Shown piece after piece: positions 56,462 through 64,000 of a stretch of 64,000 nt of DNA; the stretch's first letter is position 1; every line of letters starts with the position of its first letter. The stretch comes from an uncultured Clostridia bacterium (GTDB lineage: Bacteria > Bacillota > Clostridia > Oscillospirales > Acutalibacteraceae), in contig CANPXF010000010.1 in the NCBI GenBank assembly GCA_947585745.1, positions 4,479 to 68,478 on the forward strand. The letters are read 5' to 3'. The notes below the pieces were generated by a model that worked only from the letters and a program-made list of their open reading frames with translations, was not told the origin of the DNA and searched no databases. Both the position numbers and the translations under genes were made by a program.

Positions 56462-57508
56462 TTATTTATTTTTTATACTGTATAGGAAAGCAATTCCCAT
56501 AAAGATAAGTAAAAAACTACCGATAACCGAAGTGCTTAGCCCCAGCGTAATTTCACCCGTTACGCTTGAAAAAACAGGCTGGCTTATATTAAAAGCCTTT
56601 ACCGCAAAATATGTAATCAGAGCTGTTATAATTCCCTGTACTATTCTGTAAAATATGAATAAAAGTTTTTTAATACCAATACCGTTAAGCGCCTGAAAAA
56701 TCTGAAAATGTACGCAAATTCCTCCGAATCCCACCGCAAAGGCGGTTAAAGTAATATTTCCGCTTTTTGAAAGCGTGTTGCAGGCGGTTGTTACCTCCAG
56801 GAAGGTTTCGACAAAAACATTTTCCCCGATTAAGCCTTCTATAATACTTATGAAAGCCGAAAATATAACGACAATACCGCACATTTCAATTATTCCGTAA
56901 ACCGCCCCCGAAACAGAGCTTACGAAAAGGTCAGATGAATTTTTTGTTTTTGCACTTTTTTCTTTATCCGAATTATATAACACCGTATCTTTAAATAAAT
57001 ATTTATTCACAATTCCTATAATTATGACGGATACAATCTGCGAGCAAAGCAGTATTACGCCGATTTGAAAATTGTTTAAAAGCTTTGTTCCGACAAAAGT
57101 AATTAAAAATCCCGGACCCGCTCCCACCGCGGTATAAGACGCTTTTACCGCTTCGCTTTCGGAAATTTCTCCGTTTTCATAAAGCGTTTTAATTCCTCTC
57201 GCGCCGACAGGATAACCGCCTAAAACTCCTATTAATACGGCAACAGCCGTTTTTCCCGAAATTCCAAACAAAGCGTTTGAAATTTTATTTAAAATTCTTC
57301 CCGAAAACGAAATTCCGCTTTTAGCGACAATTGATGATATTACCATAAAAGGAAAAAGCGACGGAACAAGTACCTGCGCGCAAAAGCATATGCCCTTGTA
57401 AAGTCCGTCGGATGACTGCTTTCCGAAAAAAATAACCGACGTTCCTGCCAACAGGATAAACGTAAGCTTGAACACTGCCGAGAGTTTGCTCTCAATTTTA
57501 TACATCAT
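56462..57508 (-). CDS. ylbJ: Sporulation integral membrane protein YlbJ-like (nucleoside-recognition domain)
   Basis: About 9 TM segments, with size and pattern like YlbJ. Assigned by resemblance and sporulation context. Confidence 0.6.
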   Translation of the reverse strand: MMYKIESKLSAVFKLTFILLAGTSVIFFGKQSSDGLYKGICFCAQVLVPSLFPFMVISSIVAKSGISFSGRILNKISNALFGISGKTAVAVLIGVLGGYPVGARGIKTLYENGEISESEAVKASYTAVGAGPGFLITFVGTKLLNNFQIGVILLCSQIVSVIIIGIVNKYLFKDTVLYNSDKEKSAKTKNSSDLFVSSVSGAVYGIIEMCGIVVIFSAFISIIEGLIGENVFVETFLEVTTACNTLSKSGNITLTAFAVGFGGICVHFQIFQALNGIGIKKLLFIFYRIVQGIITALITYFAVKAFNISQPVFSSVTGEITLGLSTSVIGSFLLIFMGIAFLYSIKNK

Positions 57509-57549
57509 TTTTCTTCACCGTTAATATATATGTAAAAGGGTGATAGATA

Positions 57550-57813
57550 ATGAGAAAAAAGCACCAAAATAAAGTAAAATCCGAGCTCCCTATAGATTTT
57601 CGCTATAATCTTCCCGTAATTGAATTCACGGGAAACAGGCAGGCAATGGTAGAAGGCTCTACAGGAGTTCTGCATTACAGCGAAGAGGCTGTCAGGATAA
57701 ACACCCGAATGTCTGTAATAGCCTTTGAGGGCAGGGGATTAACCCTGAAATGTATTTCCCCGACCTGCGTAATAATTGAGGGCTTTATCGTTAATGTTGA
57801 ATTTATTAGTTAG
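57550..57813 (+). CDS. yqfC: Sporulation protein YqfC (YabP family)
   Basis: PVIEFTGNRQAMVEG..GVLHYSEEAVRINT...EGRGLTLKCIS. Followed by yqfD. Confidence 0.8.
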   Translation: MRKKHQNKVKSELPIDFRYNLPVIEFTGNRQAMVEGSTGVLHYSEEAVRINTRMSVIAFEGRGLTLKCISPTCVIIEGFIVNVEFIS

Positions 57814-57821
57814 GTGAATTT

Positions 57822-59018
57822 ATGCTTATAAAATTGATACGCTGGCTTAGAGGATATATAATTTTTTCGGTAAGCGGAAGCTTTCCCGAGCGTTTTATCA
57901 ATCTTTTAAACCGAAGCGGAATAACCTATTGGGATTTACTCCCCGACGGTAAGCTCTATTCGGGAAGAATGTTGCTTTCCGATTATATGAAAATAAGAAA
58001 AACAGCAAAAAAATCTTCCGTCAGGCTTAGGTGTAAAAAACGTGTAGGCTTTCCGTTTTATATAAGAAAATACAGAAACCGAAAGGGAATAGCCGTGGGA
58101 TGTATATTAGCCGTAATTGTTATGGCGGTTTTAAGCCAGTTTGTTTGGGACGTTCAGATAAAAGGAGCGGAAAGGTTAAGTATCTCAAAGCTTAACTCGG
58201 CGCTTGATGAATGCGGACTGAAAGCGGGAGTTTTAAAATCCTCGGTTGATTTTGAGTCGGTTGAACGAGAGCTTGTATTAAAAGTACCCCAGATACGCTG
58301 GATTTCAATAAACGCTTTAAACAGCATAGCTGAAATAGAAATTAAAGAAAAATCCGTAAAACCTAAAGTGAAAACTGAAAAATACCCCTGCAATTTAAAG
58401 GCGTCGTGCGACGGAGTAATTACAAAAACCCTCGTTTACAGCGGAACCTGCGCTGTAAAAAGGGGGAGCGCCGTGAGTGAAAATCAGCTCCTTGTAAGCT
58501 GTGTGGTCGAGGGAACATCAGAAGCTGAGGGGAATTTGAGGTATGTTCATTCAAACGGTAAAATTTTTGCCGATGTAATAGAAAATAAAAGTATAAGTAT
58601 TCCGCTTGAGAATAATATCTTAATTCCGAGCAAGAATTATATTGAGAAGTCAACTTTAGATATATTGTGGTTTAATATTCCGTGGAAGCTTGATTCTTCA
58701 CCGTCTGAATTAAAGTCAAATGTATTTTCAAACTGCAAGCTTGTCGCCAACGAAATTACTCTGCCACTCGGTGTGAATACTGTCAGAACCTACGATTTTG
58801 AAAAATCTCAAAAAAAATTGTCGGTAAAAAAAGCTAAAATTCTTATTAAGAAAAAAGCCTGCTTAAAAGAGGCGTTTAATTACGGAAATTACAAAATTAA
58901 ATCGAAAAAATATTCGTTAAAAGAATTAAACGGCAAGCTTAAACTTAATGCTGAATACGTCGTCAATAAAAATATAGCTGTAGAACAGCGTGTAAAAATC
59001 AACAAAAAGGTTGAGTAA
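57822..59018 (+). CDS. yqfD: Sporulation protein YqfD
   Basis: LRGYIIFSVSGSFPERFINLLNRSGITYWDL N-terminus, mid-protein TM; 398 aa. Confidence 0.8.
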   Translation: MLIKLIRWLRGYIIFSVSGSFPERFINLLNRSGITYWDLLPDGKLYSGRMLLSDYMKIRKTAKKSSVRLRCKKRVGFPFYIRKYRNRKGIAVGCILAVIVMAVLSQFVWDVQIKGAERLSISKLNSALDECGLKAGVLKSSVDFESVERELVLKVPQIRWISINALNSIAEIEIKEKSVKPKVKTEKYPCNLKASCDGVITKTLVYSGTCAVKRGSAVSENQLLVSCVVEGTSEAEGNLRYVHSNGKIFADVIENKSISIPLENNILIPSKNYIEKSTLDILWFNIPWKLDSSPSELKSNVFSNCKLVANEITLPLGVNTVRTYDFEKSQKKLSVKKAKILIKKKACLKEAFNYGNYKIKSKKYSLKELNGKLKLNAEYVVNKNIAVEQRVKINKKVE

Positions 59019-59070
59019 CTAAGAAAAATATGTTAAGATAAATTATCTTAACGTATAGAAAGTTGATTGT

Positions 59071-59844
59071 ATGAGAATTTTATGTATAGGCGATGTGGTA
59101 GGAAAGGTAGGATGCGAGTTTCTGCGCTCAAAGCTTTCAAGCTTAAAGAAAGTAAAGGGTGTAGATATAGTAATATGTAACGGAGAGAATTCCGCCGACG
59201 GAAACGGTATAACTCCGTCTTCTGCAGATTTTATATTTCAAAGCGGTGTTGATGTAATCACCCTCGGCAATCACTTTTGCCGCAGGAGGGAAGTTTTCGA
59301 TTATCTTGATAATACCCCCTATATTATCCGCCCTGCCAATTTTCCCGAAGCTTCAACCCCCGGAGCGGAATTTTGTACTCTCGACTTGGGAAGACTACAG
59401 CTTACGGTAATCAATCTCATAGGAAATATGTATATGGAAAGCGGTGTTTTAAGCCCGTTTGATAAGATTGACGAGCTTTTAAAAAAGATTGACAGCCGTA
59501 TAATTATGGTTGATTTTCACGCGGAAACAACGTCTGAAAAATTGGCTATGGGCTATTATCTTGACGGAAAGGTTTCAGCGGTATTCGGAACTCACACCCA
59601 CGTTCAGACCTCCGACGACAGAGTTCTGGAAAACGGAACCGGATATATTACCGATTTGGGAATGACGGGACCGCTCAATTCGGTTTTAGGAGTTAAACCC
59701 GAAATATCAATAGCAAAATTTAAAACCCGTATGCCTGTTCGCTTTGACCTTAAAAAAGGCGACTGTAAAATGGAATGTGTGATTTTTGATATTGATGATA
59801 AAACGGGCAAAACTCTGTCGACCGAAAGACTTAGAATTGTTTAA
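59071..59844 (+). CDS. ymdB: YmdB-type metallophosphoesterase (2',3'-cyclic nucleotide phosphodiesterase)
   Basis: MRILCIGDVVGKVG...NGENSADGNGIT...GNH...DFHAE.TSEK...GTHTHVQT. Confidence 0.85.
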   Translation: MRILCIGDVVGKVGCEFLRSKLSSLKKVKGVDIVICNGENSADGNGITPSSADFIFQSGVDVITLGNHFCRRREVFDYLDNTPYIIRPANFPEASTPGAEFCTLDLGRLQLTVINLIGNMYMESGVLSPFDKIDELLKKIDSRIIMVDFHAETTSEKLAMGYYLDGKVSAVFGTHTHVQTSDDRVLENGTGYITDLGMTGPLNSVLGVKPEISIAKFKTRMPVRFDLKKGDCKMECVIFDIDDKTGKTLSTERLRIV

Positions 59845-59960
59845 AATAACTATTGCAAAAATATATATTTATAGTATAATGACCTTGTATGATTTATAAT
59901 ATTATAAGCAACTTAACAGTTTGATTTTAACTGTTTTTGGTGAGGAAGTGTTTTAAGAAA

Positions 59961-61610
59961 ATGAATGGACTGGACTTGAAACAGGCGGTTTTATCGGGTT
60001 CAAATAATATTTGTATTAAAAAATCCTATATTAACGACCTGAATATTTTTCCTGTTCCCGACGGAGATACAGGAACAAATATGTCGATGACAACTACCTC
60101 TGCGGTAAAGGCGTTAAAGGAAATTGACTCCGATGAAATCGGCGTTGTCGCAAAAGCTGTAGCTTCCGCGATGCTTAGAGGCGCAAGGGGAAATTCGGGT
60201 GTAATTCTTTCTCTTTTATTCCGCGGATTTTCCGAAGGGTTAAAAGACAAGTCGACAGCGAACGGAAAGGACCTTGTCGATGCTCTCGGATTAGGGGTTG
60301 ACGCGGCTTATAAGGCTGTTATGAAGCCTACCGAGGGTACAATTCTTACAGTAGCGAGAGTGGGCTATGAGGGCGGACTTGAAGCCTGTAAAAAAAGCGA
60401 GGACGTTTTAGAAGTCTGGAGCGCGGTATGCAATAGCGCGGAAGAGGCGCTCGCTAAAACTCCCGAATATCTCCCCGTTTTGAAAAAAGCAGGCGTTGTA
60501 GACGCCGGCGGTATGGGACTTTATTCGATATTCGAGGGAATGCTTTCTTACTTTATAGACGGTAAAGTTTTAGAGTATGAGGAAACTCACGCAAGCGAGG
60601 AGCTTGAAAACTTTTCAAGTACCGTTGCCGAATTTGACGAGGTAATTAATTTTACTTATTGTACTGAATTTATAGTCGGCAGAGATGAAAAGGTTAAAAC
60701 CGACCCCAACGAGCTTCGCTTGTATCTTGAAACTATCGGCGATTGCGTAGTTGTTGTAAATGATGATGAAATAATCAAAGTCCATGTCCATACCGATAAC
60801 CCCGGAAACGCTCTTCAAAAGGGACTTAACTACGGTCAGCTTCTCACCGTCAAGGTTGAGAATATGAAGGAACAGCACCGTCAGCGTGTTGAGGATAACG
60901 AGGCTAAAAAGGAAGAAAAGGTTAAGCTTGAACCTGCAGAGCCTACTGAAGAAATCGGTTTTGTCGCGGTTGCGGCAGGAGAGGGAATTACAAACCTCTT
61001 TAAGGACTTAGGGTGCGATAATGTTGTATCTGGCGGTCAGTCTATGAACCCGAGTACCGACGATATTTACGAGGCTGTTATGGCGACCCCCGCAAAGAAT
61101 GTATTTGTTCTTCCTAATAATAAAAATATTATTATGGCGGCAGAGCAGACGGTTCCTATGATTGAGGACAGAAACGTAATTATTGTTCCCACCCGTACCA
61201 TACCGCAGGGAATGACGGCCATTTTGAATTATGATTCCGAGCTTTCGCCTGAGAGCAATAAGGATATGATGACCGACGCGGCTAAGCAGGTTGCGACAGG
61301 TCAGGTAACTTTCGCGGCTCGAAACAGCGAGTTCGGACATCAGAAAATCAAAGAGGGCGAAATTATTGCTCTTGAAAACGGAAAGCTTACAATAACCGAA
61401 AAAACTCCGGCAAAAGCGGCTGTCAGACTTGCTAAAAATATGATTAAGCACGATACTTCGTTTGTGACTGTTATTTACGGCGCGGATACCTCGGAAAAAG
61501 ACGCGCAGGAAGTGTACGAGGCGATAAACGATAAATTTGGTAATAAGGTTGACGTTTCGCTTGTAAACGGCGGACAGCCGATATATTACTTTATTTTAAG
61601 TGTAGAATAA
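59961..61610 (+). CDS. yloV: DAK2 domain fusion protein YloV
   Basis: LNIFPVPDGDTGTNM, RGARGNSGVILS. Start uncertain: ATG at 59961 versus TTG/GTG at 59937/59940. Confidence 0.85.
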   Translation: MNGLDLKQAVLSGSNNICIKKSYINDLNIFPVPDGDTGTNMSMTTTSAVKALKEIDSDEIGVVAKAVASAMLRGARGNSGVILSLLFRGFSEGLKDKSTANGKDLVDALGLGVDAAYKAVMKPTEGTILTVARVGYEGGLEACKKSEDVLEVWSAVCNSAEEALAKTPEYLPVLKKAGVVDAGGMGLYSIFEGMLSYFIDGKVLEYEETHASEELENFSSTVAEFDEVINFTYCTEFIVGRDEKVKTDPNELRLYLETIGDCVVVVNDDEIIKVHVHTDNPGNALQKGLNYGQLLTVKVENMKEQHRQRVEDNEAKKEEKVKLEPAEPTEEIGFVAVAAGEGITNLFKDLGCDNVVSGGQSMNPSTDDIYEAVMATPAKNVFVLPNNKNIIMAAEQTVPMIEDRNVIIVPTRTIPQGMTAILNYDSELSPESNKDMMTDAAKQVATGQVTFAARNSEFGHQKIKEGEIIALENGKLTITEKTPAKAAVRLAKNMIKHDTSFVTVIYGADTSEKDAQEVYEAINDKFGNKVDVSLVNGGQPIYYFILSVE

Positions 61611-61611
61611 A

Positions 61612-61637
61612 AAAGACGGCAAAAGCCGTCTTTTTTT
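61612..61637 (+). terminator. Intrinsic terminator
   Basis: agacggc-aaaa-gccgtct followed by tttttt. Confidence 0.7.
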
Positions 61638-61652
61638 GAACGGGAAGATTTT

Positions 61653-63692
61653 ATGTCGTTATATAATATAAAAATAGAAAAGCTTTCGGGTATCGGAACA
61701 AAACGCGCTGAGCTTTTTAATAAACTCGGAGTGTTTTCCGTTGGCGGACTTCTTAATTTTTATCCGAGAGATTATGAGGATTGGTCGGAGATTACGAGTA
61801 TCTCTGAAGTTGAAAACGGCGCCTCCGTATGTATAAAAGCCACAGTATATGACGCCTTTCACTCGGGCTATACGAAGACGGGAAAGTTTATAACCAAAAC
61901 TGCTGTTTGTGATGACAGCGGCGTCTGCGAGCTTGTGTTTTATAACAACCGTTATATAGACAAAATGTTGAAACAAGGTGTTACATACCGTTTCTTCGGA
62001 AAAGTGTCCAATGTTTTCGGAAAGGTAAGTATGACTTCCCCGACCTTTTCTTCCGACAAAGCTGTAGCCGAGATGCGTCCGATTTATAATTTGACCGCGG
62101 GACTAAATAATAATACTGTAATAAGAGCCGTTAAAGAGGCAATTAACCTGCTTCCCGAAAAAATCAACGACCCTTTGCCTCAGAGTTTAAGAGAACGTTT
62201 CGGACTTTGCGGTTTAGAATACGCGATTAAAAATATACATTTTCCCGAAAGTATTAAGGCTCTTGAAACAGCAAAAAAACGGCTTGTAGTTGAGGAGCTT
62301 TTGGTACTTAATCTCGGTCTTAGAAATTTGAAAAACCGTAAGCGTTCTAAAAATAAAAATTTAATAAGCAGGGATTATTCCGCTGAATTTGAGAGCTTTT
62401 TACCCTTTAAGCTGACAAACGCGCAAAGGCGCGTCATTTCTGAATGTGTAAATGATTTAAAAAACCCTGAAATTTCCCTTAACAGGCTTATTCAGGGAGA
62501 TGTCGGCTCGGGAAAAACAGTTGTAGCAGGTTCGGTTTGCTATACTCTTATCAAAAACGGTAAACAAACCGCGTTTATGGCTCCGACTGAAATTCTTGCC
62601 GAACAGCATTATAATTACTTTAAAGAAATATTTAAAAATACTGATATAAAAATTGCCTTGCTTACAGGTTCGATGAAAGCATCTGAAAAAAATGACGTGA
62701 GGAAAAAACTCGCGCTTGGAGAAACAGACCTTATAATAGGAACCCACGCTTTACTTACAAATGATACCGAATTTAAAAACCTTGCGCTTGTTGTAACGGA
62801 CGAACAGCACCGCTTCGGCGTAGCGCAGAGAGCAAAGCTCATCTCAAAGGGGAACAGCCCTCATTTGCTCGTAATGAGCGCAACGCCTATTCCGAGAACA
62901 TTGGGATTAATCATTTTCGGAGATTTGGATATTTCGACTATTAACGAGCTCCCTCCGGAACGTAAAGAAATAAATACCTTGCTTATCGGCTCGGATAAGC
63001 GTGTCAGGGCGTTGGAGTTTATAAAAAAGGAAATCGCAAAGGGACGTCAGGCTTACATTGTTTGTCCTCTTGTCGAGGAGGGCGAAACTGATTTAGCGTC
63101 TGCGGAGGAATACTCGGCGGAATTGATGCTCAATCATTTCAGCGACATACCTGTTGGAACACTTCACGGTAAATTGAAGTCAGCAGATAAAGAGGCGGTT
63201 ATGCGTGATTTTTGCGATAACAAGCTGAAGCTTTTAGTATCGACAACAGTTATCGAGGTAGGAATTGACGTCGCTAATGCAACCGTAATGATGATAGAAA
63301 ACGCGGAGTGTTTCGGGCTTTCACAGCTTCATCAGCTTAGAGGAAGAGTAGGTCGAGGAGGAGAAAAAAGCTGGTGCATACTTGTTTCCGACAGTAATAC
63401 TGAAAACACAAAGGAACGTTTGAGAACGATGTGCACGACAAACGACGGTTTTAAAATAGCGGATGCGGATTTAAAACTGCGCGGACCGGGAGATTTTTTC
63501 GGCTCACGCCAGCACGGACTTCCAAAACTTTCCATAAGCAGTCTTGCCGATACAAGAAATCTCGAATTATCTCAAAAAATAGCGGATTATGTAATTCTGG
63601 ATTCACAAAATCTGCTTGACGACAGATACAGAGGGTTAAAAAGCGAGGTTAAACGACTGTTTAACACAATCGGCGAGGAATCGCTAAACTAA
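61653..63692 (+). CDS. recG: ATP-dependent DNA helicase RecG
   Basis: Wedge domain, GDVGSGKT, DEQHRFG, SATPIPRT, QLHQLRGRVGRG. Confidence 0.95.
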   Translation: MSLYNIKIEKLSGIGTKRAELFNKLGVFSVGGLLNFYPRDYEDWSEITSISEVENGASVCIKATVYDAFHSGYTKTGKFITKTAVCDDSGVCELVFYNNRYIDKMLKQGVTYRFFGKVSNVFGKVSMTSPTFSSDKAVAEMRPIYNLTAGLNNNTVIRAVKEAINLLPEKINDPLPQSLRERFGLCGLEYAIKNIHFPESIKALETAKKRLVVEELLVLNLGLRNLKNRKRSKNKNLISRDYSAEFESFLPFKLTNAQRRVISECVNDLKNPEISLNRLIQGDVGSGKTVVAGSVCYTLIKNGKQTAFMAPTEILAEQHYNYFKEIFKNTDIKIALLTGSMKASEKNDVRKKLALGETDLIIGTHALLTNDTEFKNLALVVTDEQHRFGVAQRAKLISKGNSPHLLVMSATPIPRTLGLIIFGDLDISTINELPPERKEINTLLIGSDKRVRALEFIKKEIAKGRQAYIVCPLVEEGETDLASAEEYSAELMLNHFSDIPVGTLHGKLKSADKEAVMRDFCDNKLKLLVSTTVIEVGIDVANATVMMIENAECFGLSQLHQLRGRVGRGGEKSWCILVSDSNTENTKERLRTMCTTNDGFKIADADLKLRGPGDFFGSRQHGLPKLSISSLADTRNLELSQKIADYVILDSQNLLDDRYRGLKSEVKRLFNTIGEESLN

Positions 63693-63756
63693 AATAAATA
63701 TTGAAAAAATATTTTCTGTATAGTATAATGTTTAGGTGTAAATTGGAGGTATTCTT

Positions 63757-64000
63757 ATGAAAAAGAAAATTTCGATAATGATTTCTGCGATACTTGTTTT
63801 ATCCACAGTATTTTTATCAACATTTGTTCCTGCGAACGCTGTAAGCTATAAAAACAATGTTAAGTTAGCTTCCAAGACAGCGTTACTTATAAACCTCGAT
63901 ACGGGACAGACCGTTTTCGAGAAGAATGCCGATAAAAAGCGTTATCCCGCGTCTACAACTAAAATTATGACCTACATTATTGTTGCGGAGCACGTTGATA
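63757..64000 (+). CDS. D-alanyl-D-alanine carboxypeptidase (PBP5 family), N-terminal part only
   Basis: Signal peptide, then RYPASTTKIMT (SxxK active site). Runs off the window. Confidence 0.8.
   Translation, partial: MKKKISIMISAILVLSTVFLSTFVPANAVSYKNNVKLASKTALLINLDTGQTVFEKNADKKRYPASTTKIMTYIIVAEHVD

Overview
The window looks like a chromosomal segment from a spore-forming anaerobic Firmicute (Clostridia-like). Support: yqfC/yqfD/ylbJ sporulation genes, adhE, the ctsR-mcsA-mcsB-clpC operon, T-box and SAM-I leaders, and SRP RNA directly upstream of dnaX. About 80 percent is ordinary core genome: dnaX, SRP RNA, ilvBNC, a Cd/Zn-type P1B ATPase with an ArsR repressor, the clpC operon, pheST, metK, mnmA, nadA, adhE, asnB, yloV and recG.

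The unusual part runs from about 24.2 to 37.1 kb. It contains an FN3 surface protein with an ECF sigma/anti-sigma pair. After that comes a visibly AT-richer, partly decayed accessory island (about 27357-36463) that ends at the 3' end of a tRNA-Leu(UAG) gene. No integrase or recombinase is present in the island.

The island holds:
- a 45-aa stub of a type III-like DNA methyltransferase;
- a 691-aa protein of unknown function, built partly from 102-bp tandem repeats, two of them identical;
- frameshifted ORF debris;
- a complete group II intron (RT/maturase/HNH ORF) that splits an 82-aa gene after codon 5, with an intact paralog of that gene next door;
- an ASCH protein;
- a candidate type I toxin-antitoxin locus, made of a small membrane peptide with a convergent antisense sRNA and an RHH gene;
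- several copies of the tRNA-Leu 3' end, flanking a hairpin-dense GC-rich element.

Just past the tRNA is a 98-aa stand-alone protein. It carries only the glycyl-radical C-terminus of class III ribonucleotide reductase (NrdD) and sits behind apparent NrdR boxes.

Other points worth a look are an antitoxin-less MazF/EndoA, an acyl-AMP ligase plus KAS II cassette with no ACP, and a substrate-SrtB-LCP operon.

I found no CRISPR array, rRNA or transposase. All calls rest on reading the sequence and recalled family motifs; no database search was run.
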